Shown: positions 13,063 to 26,270, counted from the stretch's first letter. The stretch: DNA of 64,000 nt from Eledone cirrhosa (GCA_964016885.1 OZ024747.1:3720001-3784000); one strand, 5' to 3'. A program made the numbers and translations. Notes: generated by a model from the sequence alone, not told the origin.

Positions 13063-13241
13063 ATAATTGTTTCTACTTTTGGCACAAGGCCAGCAATAAC
13101 CCAGTGCATTACTGGTACTTTATTTTATCGACCCCGTAAGGATGAAAGGCAAATTTAACCTCGGCAGGATTTGAACTCAGACCGTAAAGGGACGTAACTA
13201 TGCTAGAAAGCATGGCGTCCGACCCTCTAGCGATACTGCCC
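13063..13241 (-). mobile_element. Deu/Nin-like SINE, near full-length
   Basis: Nearly identical to 7737-7909. Confidence 0.9.
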
Positions 13242-13287
13242 ATAATGAGATGGGACTACTGTCTGTATTCCTTCATTTTCCTGTTAT

Positions 13288-13525
13288 CTTTTTCTTTGCC
13301 CACTTATTCCTGGGAGGGTCATGGGTGAAGAGTCCTCAAACACTCCTTCCAGAAAGTCCTGTCAGAAGCAACTGTCTCCAGCTAATCCGGCTAGATCCCG
13401 AAGTGAGACCAGCCAAGCTCATGGATGTTATCCAACCATCTTGCTCGGAGTCTACCCCTGGGTCTCCTACAGGTAAAATCTGTCCAGTGATTCTTTCCTG
13501 AGACATTCTAGCCACATAGCCATTG
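13288..13525 (-). mobile_element. Rex3/Expander-like RTE 3' fragment
   Basis: Reverse-complement homology to 2780-3010 (GYVARMSQERITGQIL.., WLDNIHELGWSH). Confidence 0.85.
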
Positions 13526-13689
13526 TCCATAGAATTGATTGATAGATATAAATATATTTACACACACACACACACACACACAAAAAAAACAGAAATACAT
13601 GCTGAAATATATGAAATTCTGACATATATTGTATGTCCATTTGTATCTATATTAGATTTCATGTGTGTGACACTCTCTCTCTCTCTCTG

Positions 13690-13790
<101 letters not shown>

Positions 13791-13974
13791 GGATAGCTGG
13801 GGTGCAATATCTGATATATAAAAATTTGATTCTGAAATGATGAAGATAAAGGAGGCACCATTGTGACTTGAACTCAGAATGTAAAGTGACATTACAAGAT
13901 ATTACAAGATATTTTATATAGACATAGATATAGTTTTAAAGATATATTTTGTATGTTTAGACAAGATTATTATT

Positions 13975-14062
13975 ATTCATCCTTACGGGGTCGATAAAAT
14001 AAAGTACCAGTAATACACTGGGATAATTGCTGGCCTTGTGCCAAAAGTAGAAACAGTTATTA
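13975..14062 (+). mobile_element. 5'-truncated Deu/Nin-like SINE
   Basis: TTCATCCTTACGGGGTCGATAAAATAAAGTACCAG...GTAGAAACAGTTATT. Confidence 0.85.
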
Positions 14063-14291
14063 TCACTGTGACCTGATCCCAGTTTAAAACACTCACAGCA
14101 ACACCTGTGTTTGTTTATTATACAAAATATATTGTATATGGATTCATATATATCCCCCCCCCCCCCCACTCACACATAATGACTTCATGTGGAGGGGTGA
14201 GGAACAAGAGGCAGTGAAGATACAAGACAGAAAGTCGTATATATATATATATATATATATATTTGTGTGTGTGTGAATACATATAAACGTG

Positions 14292-14324
<33 letters not shown>

Positions 14325-15006
14325 GGAGAGAGAGAGGTAGGGAGAGAGAAAGACACAGAGAGAGAAATAAAGATATGTATATATATATATACACACATAA
14401 AGGTGCACAGTGTGTATAGTAAATGTGACCCACAACCAACGCCCTTCAGCAAAGAAACATAACAAACAGTAAACTCCCTCCCACACATCAACCAGTAGTT
14501 TATTGATTGCCATTAAAACTCTACATAGAAATGACAATGAGATTCAGTGAGAATTCTGAAGATATTCTTATTGTTTCTGACAGATAAACATCATAGCACC
14601 TTAGTATGTTGCTACATGAGACTTTAGTATAGAAATCATCTAAGTTCCATTTACAAACATATTCAGCAGACACAGTCATGTTTACTCAACTTCATTCATA
14701 TTTTCTTGTTGCTGTTGTTTAGTCTTCAAGTTGAGTCCTCTTTTTACTGTTATTAGAGTTATGGTTCTTCCTATACCATCTTTAATGTTTTCTTAATGTG
14801 AGCCCTGCATGGCTAATAAAGAAATCATTATTATTATTATTTCATTTATCTTGCTTTATGTTCATACGAGTTATCACCAAGTCACAACCAGTGACCTCAA
14901 GAGACAACAAGGTCCGCCATGTTCAAGAAAGAACATACATACTCACACATGCATCTTTAGTGTTTAGACTTCTGATGTACGTATATTGAATTATTATTAT
15001 TATTAT

Positions 15007-15350
15007 GGAGGCACATGGCTTAGTGGTTAGAGCATTGGCCTTGCAATCGAAAGGTTGTGAGTTCAATTCTCAGACCGGGTGATGTGTTGTTTCCTTGAGC
15101 AAGACACTTTATTTCACATTGTTCCAGTTTACTCAGCTGTAGAAATGAAATGAACGGGACTGGGGTCCCTATCATTCCACTGCAAAGTGGTCGTGGAGGT
15201 GCCACGGCAAAAAAGCACCCAGCACTCACTGTAAATGAGGTTGGTGTTAGGAAGGGCATCCAGCTGTAGAAATCAAGCCAGAATCAGTTCCCGTCCCACC
15301 CTTGCAAGCAGGGAAAAAGTGAACGTTAAATGAAATGATGATGAATGATG
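15007..15350 (+). mobile_element. Full-length SINE: tRNA head, CORE-like domain and RTE-derived (GAT)n tail
   Basis: A box TGGCTTAGTGG, B box GTTCAATTC, CCTTGAGCAAGACACTT, then the tail GTTAGGAAGGGCATCCAGCTGTAGAAA...AACGTTAAATG..GATGATG shared with the RTE 3'UTR at 29701-30100. Confidence 0.88.
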
Positions 15351-15364
15351 ATTATTATTTATAG

Positions 15365-15582
15365 CCCTTTACATTCTCAGTTTAAATCCCACCGAGGTTA
15401 GACTTGCATTTCATTATTACAGGGAAAGTACCAGTAATGAACTGGGTATTTGCTGGCCTTGTGCCTAAAGTAGAAACAATTATTACAGGGATCGATAAAA
15501 TAAAGTACTAGTAATGTACTGGGGTTGATTTAATTGACTTTCCCCAAAAAATTGTTGGCATTGTGCCTAAATTAGAAACCAC
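15365..15582 (+). mobile_element. Two nested or adjacent Deu/Nin-like SINE pieces
   Basis: Two GGCCTTGTGCCTAAA.TAGAAAC ends. Confidence 0.75.
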
Positions 15583-15949
15583 TATTTAATCCTTGAGAGA
15601 AGGGCCGTGCTCATGACCGTTCTCAGAGCCTCCAAGACTGGCAGAACAATGTAATTAGCTCAACAACTGCACTAAACAAACTTTCAGTATTCTAAGGGTA
15701 GGAAGAAATGTTGAACCAGGTAAATTTATTTAGTCTATCACACACAAACAGTACAGTGCATCTAATAGATTTATTTAAGTCCAACATACATTATTTCAGT
15801 GACTTGGGCGGGCTGGTGGCTGGGGTAGAAGACACCAAAGTTTCCACTCAATGAGAACAAACCAGTAACCATCTGATTATTGCTCACAATGCAGGTTTAG
15901 CTGGCCTCCTCCAAGGTATATCTCATTGGAGAGGTCTTGGGTGATTTAA

Positions 15950-16115
15950 TGATAGGGACCCCAGTCCTATCATCTCATTTCTACAGCTGAGTAAACTGGA
16001 ACAACGTGAAATAAAGTGTCTTGCTCAAGGAAACAACACATCACCCAGACCAAGAATTGAACTCACAACCTTTTGATTGCAAGCCCAATGCTCTAACCAC
16101 TAAGTCATGCACCTT
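15950..16115 (-). mobile_element. CORE-like SINE 5' half
   Basis: Reverse complement of 15007-15172. Confidence 0.85.
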
Positions 16116-17455
16116 CACCATCTGATTGAGGCTGTAAAATCAAACTTCTTAACTACACAACCAATATATAGATGTAATTTAGGAATTTGGAATCAAATCG
16201 AAATCTTGTGGGCTTGGCATGTCATGAGATTATCTCTGGCATTTTAACTGCTACAATACAAAGATAATCTAAACATCAGATAAGATGGGGAATCAATATA
16301 TTTAGGAGTGGGTTTCTTCAGCTTCTCCCCACACACACATACACCCTTTTTTATAAAGACTTTCCAATTTTTCTCACTTTCTTCTTTTTTTTTCCCAACA
16401 TTTTTCTTTCTTTCATTCTTTCTTTCATTCTTTCTTTCATTCTTTCTTTCTCTTCCTTCTTTCTTTCTCTTCTTTCTTTCCTTTCAGCTCCTTCCAAATT
16501 AATTAAAAGTCAGAGTAATGCCATTTTGATAGTTTCTTTTTGTGTCCATAAAGGAGAGGAACTCAGGGAGGAAATTAATCTAATAAAAAGCATGACACTT
16601 AATTTAAGACAATCAATGGTTCGTTAATTTTACACATACATATATAATATATATATATGTGTATAATATATACATATGTATATATATATACATACATACA
16701 TATATGTGTGTGTGTGTGTGTGTGTGTCTGTGTGTGTGTGTTCTGTATTTTAGGGTTTTTGTAACCATGAAATAGTATGAACAGTGGTAGTGGTGAGAGT
16801 GGCATTAGTTGTGGTGATAGTAGTAGTAGTGGTGGTTGTGTTAGTGGTAGTAGTGGTGGCTGTGTTGGTAGTGGTGGTGATGGTGGTGGTAGTAGTAGTA
16901 GCGGTTGTGTTGGGAGTGGTGGTGGATGCTATATTGAGGTGGTAGAGGCAAGTAGAGTGACAGTAAGAAGGGGAGAGAATGAATTGTGGACTAGATATTT
17001 TGAATAATAGTTTAAAATGAAATGTCAAGCCTGGAGATAAACTGAAATGATTGAAAAAGAGATAGAAATTCATGATCCATGAGATGGTTCCCTTACATTG
17101 TGTTCATTGAGTCTCAGAAAAGAGCTACAATTACTCTTTTACAAGCTCCTGGAAGGGGATACTTCCATTATTGTTGGCGGAAGTAATTTACTGCTGTATG
17201 GTAATGTAAAAAAAAATAATTAATAAATTTATTTTTTTAGTAAATCATGCACAAGTTCGGCTCTGTGGTTAAGTAGTTTGCTTAATGGCCATGTGGTTCT
17301 GGGTTCAACCCCTTCCAGGGCAGGGATTTCACCAACTGAGGCCCTAACTTATATGAAATTTAAGGTCCTTCTCTAAAACAATTATGGTAAAAAAAATGTT
17401 AAATAATTATATTTGATTATTATTTTTTATATTAATGTTAATGATAAAGAATTAA

Positions 17456-17700
17456 CAACAACATCAGCAACAAGAACACGGATAACAACAACAATAACAA
17501 CAACAACACTAACAACGACAACAATGTCATCAACATCAACAACAACAACAATAGCAACAACAACAACATAAACAACATCAACAACAATTACAACAACAAT
17601 AACAACAACAATACCAATGTCAACAAGAACATTAACAGCCTCAAGCACAGCAACAACATTAACAACAATATCATCTACAACAACAACAGCAACAATATAA
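17456..17700. repeat. (AAC)n degenerate tract
   Basis: Direct reading. Confidence 0.9.
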
Positions 17701-17849
17701 TAATCTTGGTTTCTAATTTAAGCCCAAGGCCAGCAATCTGATGGCTGAGAATGAAATACATTGACAATAAGAAACAAAGTATTTACCTTGATTAAAAAGG
17801 TGAGATCAACAATAACAATAGAAAAACTTCTCCCAACACTAGAACCTCA

Positions 17850-18112
17850 TCAGGCTGGTGCTTTACACAGGTAAGTGACTGAGAGTACAAGTCATCCCCT
17901 GGACAGGACGCCAGTCCATCACAAGGCTAATCCCCAGTTACTGATGATGATGATACTTATTTTCAGCTGAGTGTATGGGAGCAATGTGGAATGAAGTGTT
18001 TTGCTCAAGAACACAACACACAACCTAATCCTGGAATTGAATCTACAATATTACAACAATTGTGTACAGTGCTCATAAGTCCAACACTCTAACCACTAAG
18101 CCACGCACGTTC
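17850..18112 (-). mobile_element. CORE-like SINE, tail type C (GATGGACTGGCGTCCTGTCCAGGG)
   Basis: Homologous to 32155-32403 and 33485-33720. Confidence 0.8.
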
Positions 18113-18854
18113 ATGAAACTATAAGAACACATTAATAAATGGATAACAAATAGAAATTGTAGTATGGCACAGAGTAGGATAGAAGATCATAAACTTGAAA
18201 AAAGAAGACAAAAAAGACAAAACCTAAAAAACAACAATTTGAGACATTCAAGACACTACTTCAGATTACTCTGATACCATAAAGGTAATACTTTCATTTG
18301 TATTCCATAGCTGCCACCCTACATCCCTATAGTTAATGTGGCGACCGATTTAACCATCTAATTCTTGTCAATGTCTAATATTTACTTAACCAGACAGCCT
18401 GCTGTATCTTACAATATTGAATATTTAGTCTGGAGTTATAAAAAGTTCCATCTTTCTGTGAATAGCATTAAATTATATGTCACACTTCTTGCCTAAAACA
18501 ATAGATATTAAACTCAGTCTTGTGAATGATATGAAAATCATAGACTTGGCATTATAAAATTCTCACTTGAAATATACATGAAAACCTCTTATTTTGCTGA
18601 CCAGTTCTAAGCCATGATGAAAATGACCATAAAATATCCAATCTTCACCACAAACTTAACAAGGATAACAGGTTATGAGAGAATTAAAATGAAAATGGTT
18701 TATAGGCTTAGTGGTATTTATTCCTTTAAGAAAAATCTTTGGACATTCATGTGACTACCACCTGTAGGAGAACAATAAATCTTACATTCCAATAGTCGTT
18801 TTTAAGTAGCTATCATATAAGTCTAGTTTAGCTGATTTCATAAAGTAAGGTAAA

Positions 18855-19156
18855 CAGGGATGAATTTAATGAGGGCAAAGGGGGCAATTGCTTCAGGCCC
18901 CCTGCAGTGGGGGGGCCTCATCAGCGACAGCCCTAGCAATTGATTGTGGGCTCAGCTGGGCTTTTTAGTTTTAGGATAGTTAGAATTTTTGAATTTAATA
19001 CCTGTAGGTATAACTTTTCAATTCCAATTACTTTCACCAAGCTAACTTTTATAGGTAAAATTGGGGAGTTTGCTGTGTATTCTAATTTTTTGTGTATATG
19101 GGTCACCCACCAAACCTGAAGCCCCCCCCCCCCCCCCTCCTATAAATCCAACCCTG
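18855..19156. mobile_element. hAT-like MITE with 8-bp TSD
   Basis: TIRs CAGGGATGAATTTA and TAAATCCAACCCTG. Flanks AAGGTAAA and AAGATAAA match 7/8. Confidence 0.8.
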
Positions 19157-19519
19157 AAGATAAAGTATTTTTGTACACAAATGAATGATACCAACACCAC
19201 TTAATTTTAGTGTGTTCCAACTCAATTATTCTAAATATATTCCGATATTATTCTCTGCCAGAAATACTGGGCAATTTTTTAGAACTAGTCTGGAATACAA
19301 ACAAAAATTTTATTTAAAAATTTCAGTCTATTTTATTTCCCATGCTGGCATGGGTTGTACACCATCTTTTCAGTGAATCTGATGCCAACTCTTTTGTTGT
19401 CTCTTATGATATGAAGTGATATATATAGCTACATACACTATATAACTACATATTCTATATATATAGAACTACACACTGTCAATATAACTATATACAGTAT
19501 ATATAACTATATACTCTGT

Positions 19520-19785
19520 CATCATCACCGTTTTACGTCCGTTCTTCCATCCTAGCATGGGTTAGACGGGTTGTCCTGTTGTAGGCAGTGTCTGATCTGC
19601 TGACCATGTCTTGCTCATATAGGAACTGATTTTGGCTTGATTTCTACAGCTGGATGCCCTTCCTAACACCAACCTCATTTACAGTGAGTACTGGGTGCTT
19701 TTTCCGTGGCGCTTACACGTCCACTTTACAGTGTGGGCTGGGTGCTGTTTTGCCGTGGCACCTCCACGACCACCTTGCAGTGGGA
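19520..19785 (-). mobile_element. RTE-type tail inserted in an ATATAACTA low-complexity tract
   Basis: Homology to 15190-15350 and 5626-5830. Confidence 0.8.
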
Positions 19786-20214
19786 GGGCATGGGGGGATA
19801 TTGTCTATATGCTTCAGCTTGTACCCATGGTATATAACTATATACACTATACATAATTATATACAATATATATGACAATATACTCTGTATATAACTACAA
19901 ATAGTATATAACTAGATGCTGTATATATAACTATCCACTTGCAGTATATAATCAAATACAATATATATATATATATATATATATAACTAGATACAGACAG
20001 TGCCATCCCCAGATAGATAAAAATCTTCATTATAAAATCATTAATTAAAGAAAGTGAACTTATTACCCTCTAACATTACACTATCAATTATAGATGTTGT
20101 GCAAATCAAACGAGATTTAATTAACAGACTGATAAAAACAACTATACAATAAATGAATAAAATAAATTAGTAATGGTAGAACAACAACAACAATAATGAT
20201 AATAATAATAGTAA

Positions 20215-20490
20215 TATTGTTTTCTTTATTGACCACAGCGGGTTTACATAAAGACAAATTAAGGACAGTACAGGATGGTACAGTGTGGGTTTCTGAATAT
20301 AAAAATGAGTATAAAACAAAAACATAGAAACAAAATAAAATCCCCAATAAAGGGGGAGACTTCCGAGGGTTATTCATGGAGAAAGCCCACAAAAGCCAGA
20401 GTCATCCTGACTGCTAGGGGCAAGTGCCCTCTCCCAGGTGTCCCCACTCAATCTATAGGCACACATTCAGAGCAGGCCCATTCGCAATAA
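20215..20490 (-). mobile_element. Probable L1/Tx1-like 3'UTR fragment
   Basis: Minus-strand GTGGTCAATAAAGAAA end. The ATCCCCAATA..GGGGGAG motif is shared with the 3'UTRs at 40068 and 45463. Confidence 0.55.
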
Positions 20491-20569
20491 CAACGATGAT
20501 AATGATATCTATGAAATCAACCCCCAAATAAATATGATAACCATGTAATACATAAATTAAAATATGTGT

Positions 20570-20620
<51 letters not shown>

Positions 20621-21109
20621 CTTTCACAGACACACTCACTCACACATACAAGAAGACAAATACAACCACACACACTAGAAAGACAAACAAAGATAATGAC
20701 AGCCACACATAGTTATAGACAGACACACAGACACATTACAAACAGATTTGGGCACATAGCTACATGCACATATAAACAGATTCAAATACACAAACACATT
20801 CACACACATATACATACAGACAAGAAGATATAAGTACATACATTTATACATATACACATATACTCTCTCTGTCTCTCTCTTTCTCATACAGACTCACCCA
20901 TCACATGCACATACATATAAATACACAGAGAGTTACATAAGGATATTTCAGTTGCATCAAGGACAGTATCTCTAGTTTTGGTGACACCAGGGAAGTAGTC
21001 TAGTTCATAATATTAAACAGGTGGAGCTAGAAACTCTATATAAGGTTTACAATGTAAAACTTCAGTACACAGAAATGTCGTAGGATTGCAGCCAGGGATA
21101 GTTGATAGT

Positions 21110-21395
21110 AAGAGCATCTGTAAAGTAAATTTTTTCCAATCCCAAGAAAGATCCATAGAAGTGGTTAATAGCTTCTGTTATCTAAGTAATCTAATTAGTA
21201 ATGGAGAATGTTATATCAAAATCATAGTAGCTAGAAGAAGAACAAGGTGGGAAAAGTTCAAGGAGCTACTATCTCTGTTGACAACAAAAGGTTTATCCCT
21301 ATAAAGGAAAGGCCAGCTGTATGATGCATGTGTGCAAATTGCCATGTAGCATGGTTGTGAGACACAAGCAGTGAATGGAGAGGATACATGAAGAC
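21110..21395 (+). mobile_element. RTE LINE reverse transcriptase C-terminal fragment
   Basis: IEVVNSFCYLSNLIS..IVARRRTRWEKFKELLSLLTTKGLSL*RKGQLYDACVQIAM*HGCET corresponds to the RTE FcYLG..R...W..F..LY...HGSETW region. Confidence 0.85.
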
Positions 21396-22038
21396 AAGTT
21401 TTCCTAAACTGTTAATACAAATGACACCATTTTTTTAACTGTTAACTTCAAAATACAACTAACAAAATATATTTCTCTCAGACAACGATACTTTTTAACT
21501 GTATTTCTAACTGTAAACTTTTATTGTGATACTTTGATCAGTGATATATATATTATTTGTTCTAATTATTTTCCTGGGAGACTTGTATTGGTATTTTAAT
21601 CAAACTCTGATGACATCCACGGTTTATACTCACTAATGGCAAATTGTTAAATAAAATGATTTACTATATGTAGCATAACCTGGGTAGAAACAATTGTAGT
21701 TATTAAATGACTTAAACCTTAAATTCTTTGATTTGTAAACAAACTGTAACTATAAAACAGCTCTGCAGAATCCTATCATTGCATTGAAAAAAACACCCAG
21801 TAAAGGAGTAAAATTTACCCAGATTAATGTTACTATAATATTATATATATATATATATTTATATCTATATTTCTAACCATTGGTCAATCAATGATAAACA
21901 TTGATTGCCAGCTAAATTAACTATAGGGATATAAAATAAGTGAAAACCAATCAAAACCAAACAGTGAGTGTGTTTTAATATTATTTCTGGCAATATTATA
22001 ATAATATCACCCTCCTGAAATATAATAATATGTATACA

Positions 22039-22075
<37 letters not shown>

Positions 22076-22157
22076 CAAAAGGGATATCTATCGAGGAAAA
22101 ACTCGAACCGTTAAGATCTCCTTCCTGGATATGTCAATATTTATAAAACAAACTTTG

Positions 22158-22218
22158 TATTTTATCTGATGAGAGCGTACCAAATGTTTGGTACCCTAGA
22201 AATATATATAGTAAAATA
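22158..22218 (+). ncRNA. Type I hammerhead ribozyme motif (Penelope-like, minimal stem III)
   Basis: TATTTTAT-CTGATGA-[gagcgtaccaaa/tttggtacccta]-GAAA-TATATA-TA-GTAAAATA. Stem I is 8 bp and the stem II base pair is mismatched. Confidence 0.65.
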
Positions 22219-22269
22219 AATATGGTTTTATAAATATAGTTTCCATTTATTAATATCATTGATATTAGA

Positions 22270-22328
22270 GTCCAGAAATAGCCGTTGAAACGGCTTGAGC
22301 TCTGCCGTCGGGGTCATACCTTTTTCTA
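22270..22328 (+). mobile_element. One arm of the fold-back element, copy C
   Basis: AGAAATAGCCGTTGAAACGGCTTGAGCTCTGCCGTCGGGGTCATAC. Confidence 0.8.
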
Positions 22329-22679
22329 TATATATATATATATATATACATGTATATGTACATAGATATATGCATATGTAGTTATGGAATTCAAGAAACT
22401 TTATTTTCCATCGACAAGCAAGAATATAGCTACAAAAAAGCACACACGCATGCAAACAACATTTCAAAGCAATTTTCACTTGTATAAGTCAGAGTGACAA
22501 GAGTTGTTCCCCTTTAATCTCAGTTACATGATGTGTGTATGTAGGGATTCTTGCGTTGAGAATGTACCTCTGTGTATGAGTGTGTGTTTCTGTACGTGTG
22601 TGTGCGTATATATTACAGATGAAAAACAAAAAGGTGTCAGTTATTCTATTTGTCAACCTACCTCCCATCACTATTCTCT

Positions 22680-22778
22680 TCTCTTCTTCTTCGCCCACTT
22701 ATTCCCTGACAGGGTTCGTGGGTTCACAGTTCTCAAGTACTCCTCCCTGTGGGTTCTGTCAGAAACAACCGTCCAATG
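22680..22778 (-). mobile_element. Rex3-like RTE 3' tip
   Basis: CTTCTTCTTCGCCCACTTATTCC is the reverse complement of the 2990-3013 end. Confidence 0.7.
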
Positions 22779-23242
22779 GTGATACTATTTAAAAGACAAA
22801 AATACAATTCTATATTATGATTGGTAGGTGTGTGTGTGTGTGTGTGAGTGTATATGTGTGTGTCTGAGAGTGTATGTATGTGAGAGAGAGTGTGTGGGGT
22901 CGCATGCGTGTGTGTGTAATGTTAAAATATTTTAAAATATTTAATATACATACAGTGAAAACAGTCTCCTATGTTCAGTGAGTTTTGTGATATATAGTGA
23001 TACGTTAATATTTATAAGTATGTTACTAGATATGTGTGTAGTGAAGGGGGGGGGGGTGACTTAAATCTGTTAACCCCTGTGATGGGGGGGGGGGCTTCAC
23101 TTAATGATCTTAGCCTCTTAATGTCCCTGGATGTGTCTTCTCAGACTGAGTTAGTACTGAACTGGGTCTACTGACTTCCCAGACAGGCCAGGAGCTCATA
23201 TTCTTGCTTACATACGGTCCCATGCTCTATCGCATGCATTTT

Positions 23243-23845
23243 ATCTTGGCACCAGCACTAGAGAGGTTACATGGCACCAGCACTAGAGAGGTTATCTTGG
23301 CACCAGCACTAGAGAGGTTATCTTGGCACCAGCACTAGAGAGGTTATCTTGGCACCAGCACTAGAGAGGTTATCTTGGCACCAGCACTAGAGAGGTTATC
23401 TTGGCACCAGCACTAGAGAGGTTATCTTGGCACCAGCACTAGAGAGGTTATCATGGCACCAGCACTAGAGAGGTTATCTTGGCACCAGCACTAGAGAGGT
23501 TATCATGGCACCAGCACTAGAGAGGTTATCTTGGCACCAGCACTAGAGAGGTTATCATGGCACCAGCACTAGAGAGGTTATCATGGCACCAGCACTAGAG
23601 AGGTTATCTTGGCACCAGCACTAGAGAGGTTATCTTGGCACCAGCACTAGAGAGGTTATCATGGCACCAGCACTAGAGAGGTTATCTTGGCACCAGCACT
23701 AGAGAGGTTATCATGGCACCAGCACTAGAGAGGTTATCTTGGCACCAGCACTAGAGAGGTTATCATGGCACCAGCACTAGAGAGGTTATCATGGCACCAG
23801 CACTAGAGAGGTTATCTTGGCACCAGCACTAGAGAGGTTATCATG
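23243..23845. repeat. 26-bp tandem repeat, ~23 copies, inside an RTE-type tail remnant
   Basis: Unit ATC(T/A)TGGCACCAGCACTAGAGAGGTT. Confidence 0.95.
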
Positions 23846-24051
23846 TTTTGACACAACTAAATGGGCCTCCAAACACTTTGTTTAGCAAGATTTCTATTGC
23901 TGGATGTCTTTTTTATCACCAGCCACTTTACAGCATGTACTGGGTGCTTTTATCATGTAGGTCACCTGCACTAGGGAGATAGTTATATGGGTGACACAAC
24001 TGAAGAATCCTCCCATCCAAGGTTGCAGCTATCACCTCAGGTTAAGAACAC

Positions 24052-25116
24052 CAAGTTAATACCACCACTACCAGACAAGTTAAGACCACCAAGGTTCTTC
24101 TACCAGACAAGTTAAGACCACATCTACCAGACAAGTTAAGACCACCAAGGTTCATCTACCAGACAAGTTAAGACCACCAACCAAGTTAAGACCACATATA
24201 CCAACCAAGTTAAGACCACATATACCAGCCAAGTTAAGACCACATCTACCAGCCAAGTTAAGACCACATATACCAGCCAAGTTAAGACCACATATACCAG
24301 CCAAGTTAAGACCACATCTACCAGCCAAGTTAAGACCACATCTACCAGCCAAGTTAAGACCACATCTACCAGCCAAGTTAAGACCACATATACCAGCCAA
24401 GTTAAGACCACCAACCAAGTTAAGACCTCCAAGGTTACATATACCAACCAAGTTAAGACCTCCAAGGTTAAATATACCAACCAAGTTAAGACCACATCTA
24501 CCAGCCAAGTTAAGACCACTAACCAAGTTAAGACCTCCAAGGTTACATATACCAACCAAGTTAAGACCACATCTACCAGCCAAGTTAAGACCACCAACCA
24601 AGTTAAGACCTCCAAGGTTACATATACCAACCAAGTTAAGACCACATCTACCAGCCAAGTTAAGACCACATCTACCAGCCAAGTTAAGACCACATCTACC
24701 AGCCAAGTTAAGACCACATATACCAGCCAAGTTAAGACCACCAACCAAGTTAAGACCTCCAAGGTTACATATACCAACCAAGTTAAGACCTCCAAGGTTA
24801 AATATACCAACCAAGTTAAGACCACATCTACCAGCCAAGTTAAGACCACTAACCAAGTTAAGACCTCCAAGGTTACATATACCAACCAAGTTAAGACCAC
24901 ATCTACCAGCCAAGTTAAGACCACCAACCAAGTTAAGACCTCCAAGGTTACATATACCAACCAAGTTAAGACCACATCTACCAGCCAAGTTAAGACCACC
25001 AACCAAGTTAAGACCTCCAAGGTTACATATACCAACCAAGTTAAGACCACTAACCAAGTTAAGACCTCCAAGGTTACATATACCAACCAAGTTAAGACCA
25101 CATCTACCAGCCAAGT
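24052..25116. repeat. Variant-unit minisatellite (CCAAGTTAAGACC core; 18/24/33-bp units) with a 330-bp higher-order duplication
   Basis: The block at 24421 recurs at 24751. Confidence 0.95.
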
Positions 25117-25384
25117 CATATATAAAACATCTCGTTATTTACTAATCACTGAGAATTGATATCAATGCTGGCATTGTGTAGTTAATTATGTATAGATGAG
25201 TGATTAGGTTCTGGTGACATATCATTAGAAAATAATTGGTCAAACTTTATTCTTCACTTTGCAAGTCTTTTCTCTATTATTTCCATCCCAAAGAGATACC
25301 ATCTTCTAATTAGATCTTTTCTTTCATGGTGGTTATTGTTGTTTTGCAATGTATTAACAATGATGTTACATTACAAATCATAGT

Positions 25385-25642
25385 AATATATATATATATA
25401 TATATATGTGGGTGGGTGGGTGTGTGTATCTGTGTATGTATACATGTGTGTATATATATGTATATATATATATGTATATATGTATGTATATATATGTATA
25501 TATATATATGTATATGTATATATGTATGTATATATATGTATATATATATATGTATGTATATATATGTATATATATATATATGTACATGTATATATGTATG
25601 TATATATATGTATATATATATATGTACATGTATATATGTATC

Positions 25643-25673
<31 letters not shown>

Positions 25674-26270
25674 GTATGTGTATATATATACATATATATA
25701 TGTATATATATATATATATATAAAGTAGGAAGTAAACATCCAGTAATTTTGGTGGGGATATTTCTTTGTTTATTTTTAATTTTTTAAAAAGAATTTTTGT
25801 AGAATTTTTTCAACTAAAAACCAATACATCTAACCTGACTCACTTATTTAATGAACACACACATCCAAACACATATATATACACACAAACACACATACTC
25901 ACACGCATATGTCCACACATGTATATATACACACACATATATACACAAAAACAGTCACACACACACATACAAATATATATATATATATACACACACATAT
26001 ATATATACACACACACATACACACATATATACATATACACAAACACACATACTCACACATTTATATATATATATATACATACACGCATACACACATATAT
26101 ACATATACACACACATATATATATACATACCTACACACACACATATATATACACACACACACATATATATATATACACACACACATATATATATACACAC
26201 ACACATATATATATACACACACACACACATATATATATATATACACCCACACATATATATCTATATATAT

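Noticed and set aside
15007-15085. tRNA gene, also considered for the other SINE heads
   Set aside because: A and B boxes are present, but there is no clean cloverleaf and the sequence runs on into the SINE body.
21606-21640. CTGATGA hammerhead core; similar single cores at 8486, 14556, 17941 and 24000
   Set aside because: No stem II plus GAAA plus NUH arrangement follows.
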